Source of the DNA: Candidatus Zapsychrus exili
Lineage (GTDB): Bacteria; Omnitrophota; Gorgyraeia; Zapsychrales; Zapsychraceae
NCBI GenBank assembly: GCA_030765585.1
Contig: JAVCCJ010000075.1
Coordinates: forward strand, 37,482-101,481
Direction: 5' to 3'
DNA length: 64,000 nt
Position numbers and translations under genes: made by a program. The notes under the pieces were generated by a model. The model was not told the DNA's origin. It worked only from the letters and a program-made list of their open reading frames with translations, and did not search any database. Shown here piece by piece: positions 9,718 through 20,741 of this stretch (within the stretch, counting starts at the first letter, position 1; each line of letters starts with the position of its first letter).

Positions 9718-10563
9718 ATGGAAAAGAAAAAAAGAATTTTAGCTTTTGTAAGTATTTTGGCTTGGGGCATGTTTTTGGGAATGGTTGTCTTAGCTGCACA
9801 GCTTTTTGCTAATAGAATGTTAAGTCAGCAGAGTCAGATATTAAAGTCTCAAAAAGGGATAGAGCAGGCTTTGAAAGTTCAATTTGTTCCAGAAACTTCA
9901 ATAATGACTGATGTTCTAAAAGCGCAGAAAGATCTTATTGCTAGAGTGGCAAGATTAGAAAACACTTTAAACATTGTGAAAGCAAATCTTGGTGATAGAC
10001 AGGCAAAAAGACAAGCACCACCATCTGAAGATTACAACAAGGTACATGAGATACCAGTTGAGCATTCCCAGATAAGCGGTTCAAAAGACTCTCCAATAAC
10101 AATAGTTGAGTTTGCAGATTTTCAGTGTCCGTATTGCGCTAAATTTCATGGTCCTATTTTAGAGGTTTTAAAAGCTTATCCTGGCAAAGTTAAATATGTT
10201 TTAAAGAATTTTCCTTTAGGTTTTCACAAGGAAGCAAAACCTGCATCAAAAGCAGCTTTTGCAGCTGGCGAACAAGGAAAATATTGGGAAATGGTGGAAT
10301 TGCTTTTAGAAAATGGAAAGAATTTAAATCAGGAAAAATTTGAGGAGCTTGCAAAAGAAATAGGTTTAAACGTAAAGAAATTCTTAAAAGCCTTAAAAGA
10401 TAATGATGCAAAATATGAAGAATTCATTAAGAAAGATATTGATTTGGCGGGTAAGATAGGTGTTCGTGGTACGCCAACGTTCTTTCTTGATGGCAAGAAA
10501 ACAAGGGCAAGAAATTTTGAGGGATTTAAAAAAGAAATAGATGCAATATTAAATAAAAAATAA
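9718..10563 (+). CDS. DsbA-family thiol-disulfide oxidoreductase with N-terminal anchor and coiled coil
   Basis: 'EFADFQCPYC' and 'GVRGTPTFF' motifs. Confidence 0.88.
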   Translation: MEKKKRILAFVSILAWGMFLGMVVLAAQLFANRMLSQQSQILKSQKGIEQALKVQFVPETSIMTDVLKAQKDLIARVARLENTLNIVKANLGDRQAKRQAPPSEDYNKVHEIPVEHSQISGSKDSPITIVEFADFQCPYCAKFHGPILEVLKAYPGKVKYVLKNFPLGFHKEAKPASKAAFAAGEQGKYWEMVELLLENGKNLNQEKFEELAKEIGLNVKKFLKALKDNDAKYEEFIKKDIDLAGKIGVRGTPTFFLDGKKTRARNFEGFKKEIDAILNKK

Positions 10564-10649
10564 TAAGTATTAAAGAATAAATAATAAAAGAACATTATCG
10601 TCCTTGTATTACAAATTGATCGGAACGATAATAAATGGAGGAGTAAATA

Positions 10650-10904
10650 ATGACAAAAGTTGGCGGTTTAACAAGTAAATATTATAAAGAGACTCGTGGG
10701 GTTAAAGTGTCTGGAGGTCAGGTTGTCAAGTCTGGTACTGTTTTGACTCGTCAAGGAGATAAGTGGAAACCAGGTTTAAATGTTATTGGAAGGACTCTTT
10801 TAACAGCTGCTTGTGATGGTGAAGTTTACTTTACTAAGAAAAAAGGAAATTATAAGAAAGAAGTTACGTACATTAATATTAAACAAATAGAGAAGAAGTC
10901 TTAG
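10650..10904 (+). CDS. rpmA: 50S ribosomal protein bL27 (divergent N-terminus)
   Basis: 'RGVKVSGGQVVKSGTVLTRQGDKWKPGLNV...LTAACDGEVYF' aligns by eye with the L27 core; strong GGAGG RBS. Confidence 0.8.
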   Translation: MTKVGGLTSKYYKETRGVKVSGGQVVKSGTVLTRQGDKWKPGLNVIGRTLLTAACDGEVYFTKKKGNYKKEVTYINIKQIEKKS

Positions 10905-10915
10905 TTTAGCAAGTT

Positions 10916-12748
10916 ATGTGTGGAATAATTGGTTATGTTGGAGACAAACAAGCGCCGCCAATACTCATTGAAGCGCTTAAGAAGTTAGAGTACAGAGGAT
11001 ACGACTCAAGTGGAGTGGGTATTGTAGCTAAAGATCAAAATAAGATTTTTGCTCAAAAGACTCATGGCAAGATTGCTAGTCTTGAAAGTTTGATCAAGTC
11101 CCATCCTTTTCCGAAAGGGTCTGTGGGCATCTCTCATACACGTTGGGCTACGCATGGTGCGCCAAACAAAATAAATTCACATCCACATTTCGATTGTACT
11201 AAAAAGATACTAATAGTTCATAACGGTATTATTGAAAATTATGAGAGACTAAGAGAGGGCCTAAAAAAAAGAGGCCATAAGATAGTTTCAGATACTGATA
11301 CTGAGATTATTGCTCACCTAATTGAAGAAAGTTATAAGGGCAATCTTTTAAAAGCTACCCAAAAGACTATTAAGCAGCTAAGAGGCGCATTTGCGCTAGG
11401 CGTTATTTGTTCTGATGAACCGGATGTTCTAGTTGCTGCTCGTCTAGGTTCTCCTTTAATTATCGGAGTTGGTAAGAATGAGAATTTTATTGCATCGGAT
11501 GTTCCTGCCATTTTAAATCATACTAATAAAGTAATTTATTTAAAAGAAGGTCAGCTAGCTGCTATTAAGAAGAACAGTATTGCAACTTTTGATTTTGACG
11601 GAAAATCGGTTAAATCAAAAATCAATAAAGTAAATTTTAAGCCTAATTCAGTTAAGAAGCAGGGTTATCCACATTTTATGCTTAAAGAGATTCATGAGCA
11701 GCCGGATGTTTTAAAACAAATGTTCCGTGAAAGAATTAGCGGTAATAATATTCATTTAAAAGGATTGAATTTAACTGACAAACAGTTAGGGAAAATAAAA
11801 AATATTGTTATTGTTGCTTGTGGTACGGCATATCATGCAGGTATGGTGGGTAGATATTTAATTGAATCTTTGTCGGGAATTCCTGTTTCAATAGATGTTT
11901 CAAGTGAGTTTAGATATCGCGATCCAATTATCACAAAAAATAGTTTAGTTGTTGCTGTTAGTCAATCAGGTGAAACTGCAGATACTCTGGCGGCTGTTAA
12001 GGAAGCAAAGCAAAAGGGTGCAAATATTGTATCTGTTTGCAATGTGTTAGGTTCATCTTTAGCACGTGTATCAGATGGCATTCGTTATACTCATGCAGGT
12101 GCTGAAATAGGAGTTGCGTCAACTAAGGCATATACAGCACAGTTGGGTATTTTTTATTTGTTGGCAATAAAGCTAGGTCTTACAAATAAGAAATTGTCTA
12201 AAAAAGAAGCTGTAAAGATAATCAAAGATTTAAAACATGTACCATCGCATTATGCGCATATTTTAAAGAATAAAAATGTGATAGCAAGAATCGCAAGAGC
12301 TAATTCTCATTTTGGATGTTTTCTTTTCTTAGGAAGAAATATTAATTTCCCATCAGCGCTTGAGGGCGCTTTAAAGCTTAAAGAGATATCTTATATCCCA
12401 GCAGAGGGATATGCTGCAGGTGAAATGAAGCATGGTCCAATTGCACTTATTGACGAATATAGAGCTGTTATTTGCATTACTCCTGAATCTGATACTTACG
12501 AGAAAATGGTATCAAATATTCAAGAGATAAAGTCAAGAAAGGGTAAGATCATTGCAATTGCAACAGAAGGTGATGCTGGTATTAAAAAGCATGCCGGAAA
12601 TGTAATTTATGTGCCAAAAGTAAATAAGCTCTTAACTCCATTACTTACAGCTCTTCCGCTACAGTTAATTGCGTATTATATTTCAGTTAAACGAGGTTGT
12701 GATGTTGATCATCCTCGCAACTTAGCAAAATCAGTTACAGTCGAATAG
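10916..12748 (+). CDS. glmS: Glutamine-fructose-6-phosphate aminotransferase
   Basis: MCGIIG N-terminus, LEYRGYDS, HTRWATHG, SQSGET, and C-terminal PRNLAKSVTVE. Confidence 0.97.
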   Translation: MCGIIGYVGDKQAPPILIEALKKLEYRGYDSSGVGIVAKDQNKIFAQKTHGKIASLESLIKSHPFPKGSVGISHTRWATHGAPNKINSHPHFDCTKKILIVHNGIIENYERLREGLKKRGHKIVSDTDTEIIAHLIEESYKGNLLKATQKTIKQLRGAFALGVICSDEPDVLVAARLGSPLIIGVGKNENFIASDVPAILNHTNKVIYLKEGQLAAIKKNSIATFDFDGKSVKSKINKVNFKPNSVKKQGYPHFMLKEIHEQPDVLKQMFRERISGNNIHLKGLNLTDKQLGKIKNIVIVACGTAYHAGMVGRYLIESLSGIPVSIDVSSEFRYRDPIITKNSLVVAVSQSGETADTLAAVKEAKQKGANIVSVCNVLGSSLARVSDGIRYTHAGAEIGVASTKAYTAQLGIFYLLAIKLGLTNKKLSKKEAVKIIKDLKHVPSHYAHILKNKNVIARIARANSHFGCFLFLGRNINFPSALEGALKLKEISYIPAEGYAAGEMKHGPIALIDEYRAVICITPESDTYEKMVSNIQEIKSRKGKIIAIATEGDAGIKKHAGNVIYVPKVNKLLTPLLTALPLQLIAYYISVKRGCDVDHPRNLAKSVTVE

Positions 12749-12774
12749 CTAGTAAAATACAAAACACAAGTAAT

Positions 12775-12900
12775 TGTCATCCCTGCGAATGCACGTAAAG
12801 TCTCGTTGGGACCACGTCCCTTTACGGGCAGGGATCTCCGTTTTTAAGATTAACGTTTCTCAAATTGTTAAGCAAGATTCCTGCATTCGCAGGAATGATA
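12775..12900. repeat. REP/MITE-like palindromic element (TGTCATCCCTGCG...CGCAGGAATGA) with a nested 37-bp insert
   Basis: After removing 12794-12830, the left arm is TGTCATCCCTGCGAATGCAGGGATCT. This is the reverse complement of the right arm 12875-12900 at 23/26 positions. Confidence 0.8.
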
Positions 12901-12913
12901 GCAGGTATTAAAA

Positions 12914-13576
12914 ATGTTATTTATTGTTTCAACTCCAATCGGAAATTTAGGCGACATTACCTTTCGTGCTGTTGAGGTACTTAAGGGTGTTGATTTGATC
13001 GCTGCAGAAGATACTCGTCATACTAAAACTCTTCTTAATCATTACAATATTAAAACTCCTCTCACAAGTTATTTTGAACATAATAAAATTAAGAAAGCTG
13101 ATAAAATCTTAGATCTACTAAAGGGTGGTCAAGATGTTGCTCTTGTAACTGATGCTGGCACGCCAGGCATTAGCGACCCAGGATATAGATTGATAAATCT
13201 CGCCAAAGAACAAGGGCTAGAGGTGAATGTTGTGCCAGGGGCAACGGCGCTTATTGCTGCTTTATCAGCATCAGGCTTGCCATCTGATAGGTTTGTATTT
13301 GAGGGGTTTTTGCCGCCCAAAATGGTTGCTCGTAAAAAACGTTTATTAAAGTCGCAAGATGCAAATTGTACTGTTATTTTTTATGAATCTCCGCATAGGA
13401 TACTTAAAACTTTAGAAGACGTTTCAGCGGTCCTGCCGCACGTCAAGGTCGTGGTTGCACGTGAGCTTACAAAGAAGTTTGAAGAAGTAAAAGAGGGTAC
13501 CGCAAGGGAGCTTGTTGATCATTTCACTAAAAACAAACCTCGTGGCGAGTTTGTTTTGTTGCTTAGTAAAAAATAG
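12914..13576 (+). CDS. rsmI: 16S rRNA (cytidine1402-2'-O)-methyltransferase RsmI
   Basis: 'STPIGNLGDIT.RA', 'AEDTR', 'DAGTPGISDPG', 'YESPHR' and 'RELTK.FEE' motifs. Confidence 0.95.
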   Translation: MLFIVSTPIGNLGDITFRAVEVLKGVDLIAAEDTRHTKTLLNHYNIKTPLTSYFEHNKIKKADKILDLLKGGQDVALVTDAGTPGISDPGYRLINLAKEQGLEVNVVPGATALIAALSASGLPSDRFVFEGFLPPKMVARKKRLLKSQDANCTVIFYESPHRILKTLEDVSAVLPHVKVVVARELTKKFEEVKEGTARELVDHFTKNKPRGEFVLLLSKK

Positions 13577-13593
13577 AGGTAGTTTATTTTTTC

Positions 13594-13622
13594 TTGACAA
13601 TATTGTCTTTAAATGGCATACT
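13594..13622 (+). promoter_or_regulatory. Sigma70-type promoter of the pyr operon
   Basis: TTGACA (13594-99), 17-bp spacer, TGn-CATACT (13617-22). Confidence 0.7.
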
Positions 13623-13638
13623 CTTTTCAATAAACATT

Positions 13639-15234
<1,596 letters not shown>

Positions 15235-15235
<1 letters not shown>

Positions 15236-16512
15236 TGTCATTATTAATAAAGAATGCAATCATAGTTAGTTTTAAAAATATTTCTAAAGAAAAACAAGAT
15301 ATATTAATTGAAAAAGGTTTGATAAAGAAAATAGGTACATCAATAAAAGAGAAGGCAGCAAAGACAATTGATGCAAAGGGTAAAATTGTCATGCCAGGTT
15401 TTATAGATTTACATTCGCATCTTCGTGAGCCTGGACGAGAAGATAAAGAAACAATAGAGACAGGTTCTCTAGCAGCAGCAAAAGGCGGGTTTACAACAAT
15501 TATGTGCATGGCAAATACAAACCCTGTTATTGATAATTGTATGATAGTTGAGTCTATAATAAAAGAAGCGAAAAGAGTTGGATTGGTTAATGTAATTCCT
15601 GTTGGAGCAATAACTAGGGGATTAAATTCGGAAGAATTGACTGATATGGTTGAGCTAAAAAGCGCTGGATGTTTAGCGCTTTCCGATGATGGCAGGTCGG
15701 TGTTAAATAGCAATTTGATGCGCCTTGCTCTGCAATATTCTAGCATGGCTGAGATATTGCTTATTGAACATTGTGAAGACGACTTTTTAAGTAGCGGCGG
15801 TATGATGAACGAAGGGTATAACTCTACACTTCTTGGTATTAAACCAGACCCCGGAGTGTCAGAGACAGTTATATTGGCAAGGGACATAGAACTTGTTAAT
15901 TATACAAAAACTAAGATACATTTTGCACACATAAGTTTAAAACGTTCGACGGAACTTATTAAAAATGCAAAGAAAAGCGGTATAAATGTGACGGCAGAGG
16001 CATGCCCACATCATTTTACACTGACCGATGATGCAGTGAAGAGTTTTGATACGAGCACAAAAGTCAAACCACCTTTAAGAAGTAAAGAAGATGTGGATGC
16101 AATAAAACAGGCTTTATCTGATGGGACGATTGATTGTATATCAACAGATCACGCTCCTCATTCGAAGGAAGATAAAGAAGCTGATTTTGATAATGCGCCT
16201 TTTGGAATGATAGGTTTTGAGACAGCTTTAGGGCTTGCAATCAAAGAGTTGGTTGATGCAAAAGTAATAGCTTTACCTAAGTTGGTTGAGCTTATGTCAA
16301 AGAATCCTGCAGGAATCATAGGGCTTAAAAACAAGGGTGATATAAAAGAAGGAATGGATGCTGACATAGTTATCGTAGACGATAAAAAGGATTGGGAGTT
16401 TAAGAAAGAAGATATTGCCTCTAAATCAAAGAATTCTCCTTTCATAGGAATGATGTTAAAAGGAGAGGTTCAGACAACAATTTGTGCAGGAAAAATAACA
16501 TATCAGAAATAA
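15235..16512 (+). CDS. pyrC: Dihydroorotase (type I)
   Basis: 'DLHSHLREPG', 'DHAPH' and 'SKSKNSPF' motifs; operon context. Confidence 0.95.
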
Positions 16513-16540
16513 GGATTAAGGTTTAAGGATTAAGGTAAAG
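16513..16540 (+). repeat. Heptamer tandem repeat (GGWTTAA)x3-4
   Basis: ggattaa ggtttaa ggattaa ggtaaa immediately after the pyrC stop codon. Confidence 0.55.
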
Positions 16541-16624
16541 AATAATAAATTAAAAACTTTGGGATTTTAATAAAAAATGGTTAATTTAAAAACTCCCGAG
16601 GCTAAAGAAAAAGAAGAAATAATC

Positions 16625-17092
16625 ATGAATCAAAAAATAGTTATTTCAGTTATAGGCGGACATGATGTAGATGAAGATACAATTGATCTTGCATATAAAG
16701 TAGGTTCTATTGTAGCAAAGTCAGGTGCTATACTTGCATGCGGAGGTTTGTTTGGAGTTATGGAGGCTGCATCAAAAGGAGCAAAAGAGGCAGGTGGCTT
16801 AACGATAGGTCTTTTGCCAGGAAAAGATAAACAAGAAGCTAACCCCTACATTGATATTGCACTACCCACCACTATAGGCTACGCCAGAAATGCTATGGTT
16901 GTAGCATCAGCAAATATTGTTATTGCGCTACCAGGAAGTCACGGTACTTTATCAGAAATATGTTATGGACTGGTTTATAAAAGACCCATCATTGATTTAG
17001 GCAATTGGGATAAAGATGGGCTTATTAAAGTTGATAATTTAGAAGATTTGTCAAATAAAATTGCTGAATTGATCAGTGAAATCAATGTTTAA
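16625..17092 (+). CDS. TIGR00725/LOG (SLOG) family Rossmann-fold protein
   Basis: 'CGGLFGVMEAASKGAKEAGGLTIGLLPG', 'ANPYIDI', 'ARN' and 'PGSHGTLSE' motifs. Confidence 0.85.
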   Translation: MNQKIVISVIGGHDVDEDTIDLAYKVGSIVAKSGAILACGGLFGVMEAASKGAKEAGGLTIGLLPGKDKQEANPYIDIALPTTIGYARNAMVVASANIVIALPGSHGTLSEICYGLVYKRPIIDLGNWDKDGLIKVDNLEDLSNKIAELISEINV

Positions 17093-17171
17093 TTAGATAT
17101 TTGCAATATTTGCTATTTGGACTATAATATCCAACATATAAATATAATACTAATAATAATATAAATTTAGT

Positions 17172-17963
17172 ATGATTAAGTCGCAGAACACATATAAAAT
17201 CATCTCAAACAAACAGGTAAGCGAGAAATTCTTTCATATTTGTATTGATGCAAAATCAATATTAAAGAAGATTAAGCCGGGTCAGTTTGTTCATGTCAAA
17301 ATAGATGACACTTTAACACCTTTTTTAAGAAGGCCATTTAGCATACATAGAGCTGATAGTTGCTTAGAAATTCTTTATGAGATTTTAGGTGAAGGCACAA
17401 AGAAACTTGCCAAGAAAAAGAAGGGTGACTCTTTAGACATTATTGGCCCTTTGGGAAATAACTTTAGCGCTCCACCAGAAGGTACAAAGAATATAACTAT
17501 TGTTACAGGCGGTGTTGGGGTAGCGCCATTTTTAGCTTTAACAGATATTCTTAAAAATAAGAAATATAATATTACGCTGCTTTATGGCGGACGTAATAGC
17601 GACTATGTGTTTAGTCTAAAAAGTTTTCTAAAGAACAAATGCAAGGTGTTTATATCTACTGATGATGGAAGCGTAGGGGTTCACGGAAGAGTTGATAAGT
17701 TTTTCAAAAATATAAGTTTTGAAGATGCATTTATTTATACTTGCGGTCCTGAGCCTATGATAAAAGAAGTACAGAAATTTGCAGTTAAGAATAAAATAAA
17801 AGGAGAAGCATCTTTAGAAGAAGTTATGGCTTGTGGCATAGGAGCTTGTTTAGGCTGTGCAACAAAAACAAAAGATGGTTTTAAATTGGTTTGTTATGAT
17901 GGGCCAGTATTTGATTTAGAAAAATTAGACTTTAATGCAAACGGGAAATGCAAATGCAAATAG
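17172..17963 (+). CDS. pyrK: Dihydroorotate dehydrogenase electron transfer subunit
   Basis: 'RRPFSI', 'GGVGVAP' and 'CGPEPM' motifs, plus the [2Fe-2S] motif 'MACGIGACLGC...VC.DGPVF'. Confidence 0.93.
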   Translation: MIKSQNTYKIISNKQVSEKFFHICIDAKSILKKIKPGQFVHVKIDDTLTPFLRRPFSIHRADSCLEILYEILGEGTKKLAKKKKGDSLDIIGPLGNNFSAPPEGTKNITIVTGGVGVAPFLALTDILKNKKYNITLLYGGRNSDYVFSLKSFLKNKCKVFISTDDGSVGVHGRVDKFFKNISFEDAFIYTCGPEPMIKEVQKFAVKNKIKGEASLEEVMACGIGACLGCATKTKDGFKLVCYDGPVFDLEKLDFNANGKCKCK

Positions 17964-18307
17964 TTTTATATGTATTGTTAGGATTAATAGGTGGTGGAGT
18001 CGGAGGTGCTCTTGGATTAGGAGGAGGGTCGATATTGGTTCCTGGGCTGGTATTTCTTTTTGGGCTAAGTCAGCACGAAGCACAGGGAACATCGCTTGCA
18101 GTAATGCTTCCGCCTATATTTATTTTAGCTGTTATGCGTTATTATCATGCAGGCCATGTAAATGTTAAAATGGCAGCTATCATTGCGATAGGATTTGTTG
18201 TTGGAGCTTTAATTGGAGCACATTGTGCTCAATATATACCAGACACTCATTTAAAAAAAATATTTGGAACATTCCTGATACTTATGGGGATTAAAATGTT
18301 AATATAG
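17948..18307 (+). CDS. Half-size TauE/SafE (TSUP) family membrane protein
   Basis: 'GALGLGGGSILVPGL' and 'QHEAQGTSLA' motifs; 4 TM helices. Confidence 0.85.
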   Translation: MQMQIVLYVLLGLIGGGVGGALGLGGGSILVPGLVFLFGLSQHEAQGTSLAVMLPPIFILAVMRYYHAGHVNVKMAAIIAIGFVVGALIGAHCAQYIPDTHLKKIFGTFLILMGIKMLI

Positions 18308-18313
18308 TTGCCC

Positions 18314-18340
18314 TGTCATCCCTGCGCAGGAATGACAGCA
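18314..18340. repeat. Collapsed copy of the TGTCATCCCTGCG palindromic element
   Basis: TGTCATCCCTGCGCAGGAATGACAGCA is the two termini of the 12775-12903 element joined. Confidence 0.75.
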
Positions 18341-18351
18341 GAGAAGAAATT

Positions 18352-19260
18352 ATGAATTTAAAAGTAAAAATAGGAAAATTAAAATTTAGCAATCCAGTTA
18401 CAGTCGCGTCTGGTACTTTTAGTTATATGAAAGAATATAGCTCTATTGCCGAAATAAAAAAGCTGGGGGCCGTAGTTGCTAAAACAATTACTTTAAATGC
18501 TAGAGAGGGAAACCCATCTCCAAGAATTGTTGAAACAGCTGCAGGAATGGTTAATGCAATAGGTATTGAGAATAGAGGCGCAGATTATTTTATTGAAACA
18601 AAATTGCCTGAGCTTAAAAAGTTGGGTGTGCCGCTTGTTGTTAGTGTGTCTGCCAAAGAAGATAAAGAGTTGATATCATTAGTTAAAAAATTAAACAAAG
18701 CAAAAGGTATCGCCGCAATTGAATTAAATCTATCTTGTCCGAATTTAAAACATAAAACACTTGTTGCTCAGGATAAATATGCGACGTACAGAGTAATAAA
18801 AGCTGTTAAGAAGGCAACCAAATTACCTATAATTGCAAAACTATCTCCAAATGTAACTGATATAGTGCTTATTGCAAAATCTGCAGAGCGTGCAGGCGCT
18901 GATGCGTTAAGCTTGGTTAATACATTTTCAGCTATGGTAATAGATATTGATAAACGTAAATCTAAAATAGGAAACTTTACGGGCGGCTTAAGCGGGCCTG
19001 CGATAAAACCAATAGCAGTCAAGATGGTATATGATGTTGCACAGACGGTTAAGATACCAATTATTGCAATGGGTGGCATTATGAATGCAGATGATGCATT
19101 AGAATTTATTATAGCAGGCGCTAGTATGGTTGCTGTGGGTACTGCTAATTTTGTTAATCCATCAGCGCCAAAAGAAATTCTTGCTGGCATAAAAAGTTAT
19201 ATGAAGAAAAATAAAATTAGAGACATAAAGAAATTAATTGGAAGCATAAAGAAGGGCTAG
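18352..19260 (+). CDS. pyrD: Dihydroorotate dehydrogenase (family 1B) catalytic subunit
   Basis: 'ASGTF', 'ELNLSCPN', 'KLSPNVTDI' and 'GGLSGPAIKP' motifs. Confidence 0.96.
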   Translation: MNLKVKIGKLKFSNPVTVASGTFSYMKEYSSIAEIKKLGAVVAKTITLNAREGNPSPRIVETAAGMVNAIGIENRGADYFIETKLPELKKLGVPLVVSVSAKEDKELISLVKKLNKAKGIAAIELNLSCPNLKHKTLVAQDKYATYRVIKAVKKATKLPIIAKLSPNVTDIVLIAKSAERAGADALSLVNTFSAMVIDIDKRKSKIGNFTGGLSGPAIKPIAVKMVYDVAQTVKIPIIAMGGIMNADDALEFIIAGASMVAVGTANFVNPSAPKEILAGIKSYMKKNKIRDIKKLIGSIKKG

Positions 19261-19263
19261 AAG

Positions 19264-20025
19264 ATGTCTATCAATAAAAAAGGTGAAATTATAGTAGCAG
19301 TAGATGTCCCAACGTTTGAAGAGGCGAGCAAAATCGTTGATTCATTAGTTGATAAAATTGATATATTTAAAATTGGGAGTCAGCTTTTTACAGCATGTGG
19401 TCCATTTATTATTCGCTATGTTGCAGCAAAGGGAAAGAAAATATTCTTAGATCTTAAGTTTCATGACATACCAAATACTGTAGCAAACGCGGTTACCGCA
19501 TCTGTCAATCTTAATAAAGCTGTTTTTGATTTAGCATCAGAAGATGACAAGAGAATAGAAATAAGCCCTGATGCTGGAATATTTATGCTTACAGTTCATA
19601 CTTTAGGTGGAGAGGAAATGCTTAAAAGAGCGGTTGAGGCAGCAGAATCCCAAGCAAAAGAATTAGGAGTTTTACGACCTAAAATAGTAGGTATTACAGT
19701 TTTGACAAGTGATGTGAAAACAGAGAATGTAGCTCAAATTGTATTAGAAAGAGCTACTTTAGCGAAGAAATGTGGGCTTGATGGTGTTGTTGCATCATCC
19801 TGCGAGGCGGCGATGATAAGAAAAGAATTAGGGGAAGATTTTATTATAATAACACCTGGTATTCGCCCGTCTGGGGCAGATGCAGGTGACCAAAAAAGAG
19901 TTACTACGCCAAGCGAGGCAATAAAAAATGGTAGCAACTTTTTAGTTATAGGTAGACCAATAGTTAAAGCAGATGATCTAGCTGTTGCTGCAGAAAATAT
20001 ATTAAAAGAAATAAACAATTTATAG
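19264..20025 (+). CDS. pyrF: Orotidine-5'-phosphate decarboxylase
   Basis: 'FLDLKFHDIPNTV', 'TPGIRP', 'DQKRV.TP' and 'VIGRPI' motifs. Confidence 0.95.
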   Translation: MSINKKGEIIVAVDVPTFEEASKIVDSLVDKIDIFKIGSQLFTACGPFIIRYVAAKGKKIFLDLKFHDIPNTVANAVTASVNLNKAVFDLASEDDKRIEISPDAGIFMLTVHTLGGEEMLKRAVEAAESQAKELGVLRPKIVGITVLTSDVKTENVAQIVLERATLAKKCGLDGVVASSCEAAMIRKELGEDFIIITPGIRPSGADAGDQKRVTTPSEAIKNGSNFLVIGRPIVKADDLAVAAENILKEINNL

Positions 20026-20111
20026 ATTCCGACGTTTGCTTGCGCAAAGTCGGGATAAATTCGCACTTATGATTTATGATTCTTCCAATCGCATAAATCA
20101 TGTGCTCATTT
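20026..20111. repeat. Tandem hairpins: ATTCCGAC...GTCGGGAT followed by an AAATTCGCAC...GTGCTCATTT element
   Basis: Hairpin at 20026-20056. The second element (20057-20111) has an inner ATGATTTATG/CATAAATCAT stem, and its termini are shared with 34737-34804. Confidence 0.65.
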
Positions 20112-20122
20112 AGGAGATAGGT

Positions 20123-20734
20123 ATGACTCAGCAAATACAAGAACTTATTAATAAAATAAAATCAGAGGGCGTAGAAGAGGCACAATCTAAAGCACAAGAG
20201 ATAGAGGCTGACGCTCAATCTCAGTCTAAGATAATTTTAGAAGATGCTAAGAAAAAAGCAGAGAAGATGATAAATGATGCAAATGCTGAAATAGAAAAAA
20301 CAGAGCAAGCATCTAAAATGAATCTTTTGCAGGCGTCGAGAGATGTTGTTCTCTCTTTAAGAGAAGAATTGCAAAACATATTAAGCAAGGTAGTAAGTAA
20401 AAATGTGAAATCAAGCCTATCAGCTGATAAGCTTTCTAAAATTATTGAAGACATAATTGAGAAGTCGGCAGAAACAAAATCTTTGGATGAAAGCATAGAG
20501 GTTGTTTTAAGTCCGAAGGATTTGGACTCTTTAAAGGAAAGCCTTTTATCCGGTTTAGGTAAGAAGCTTGAAGGCAAGATTGAGTTAAAAGCATCTGAAG
20601 ATATATCAAGCGGATTTACAATTAGCTTTGATGAAGGAAAATCTTGTTTTGATTTTACTGACGAGAGTTTGACAGAATATTTAAGCGTGTATTTAAACTC
20701 ACAATTATCTGATTTAATAAATAATTCAAAATAA
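20123..20734 (+). CDS. ntpE: V/A-type ATP synthase subunit E
   Basis: 'IQELINKIKSEGVEEA' helical N-terminus and 'GF.I....G....DFTDESL' C-terminus; first gene of the operon. Confidence 0.85.
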   Translation: MTQQIQELINKIKSEGVEEAQSKAQEIEADAQSQSKIILEDAKKKAEKMINDANAEIEKTEQASKMNLLQASRDVVLSLREELQNILSKVVSKNVKSSLSADKLSKIIEDIIEKSAETKSLDESIEVVLSPKDLDSLKESLLSGLGKKLEGKIELKASEDISSGFTISFDEGKSCFDFTDESLTEYLSVYLNSQLSDLINNSK

Positions 20735-20741
20735 AAATATA

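Noticed and set aside
10905-10915. glmS ribozyme
   Set aside because: Only 11 nt separate rpmA and glmS, and no ribozyme core is visible upstream.
17935-18168. 77-aa Cys/Arg/Trp-rich ORF resembling a small peptide
   Set aside because: It is an alternative frame of the TSUP gene, produced by its Gly-rich codons.
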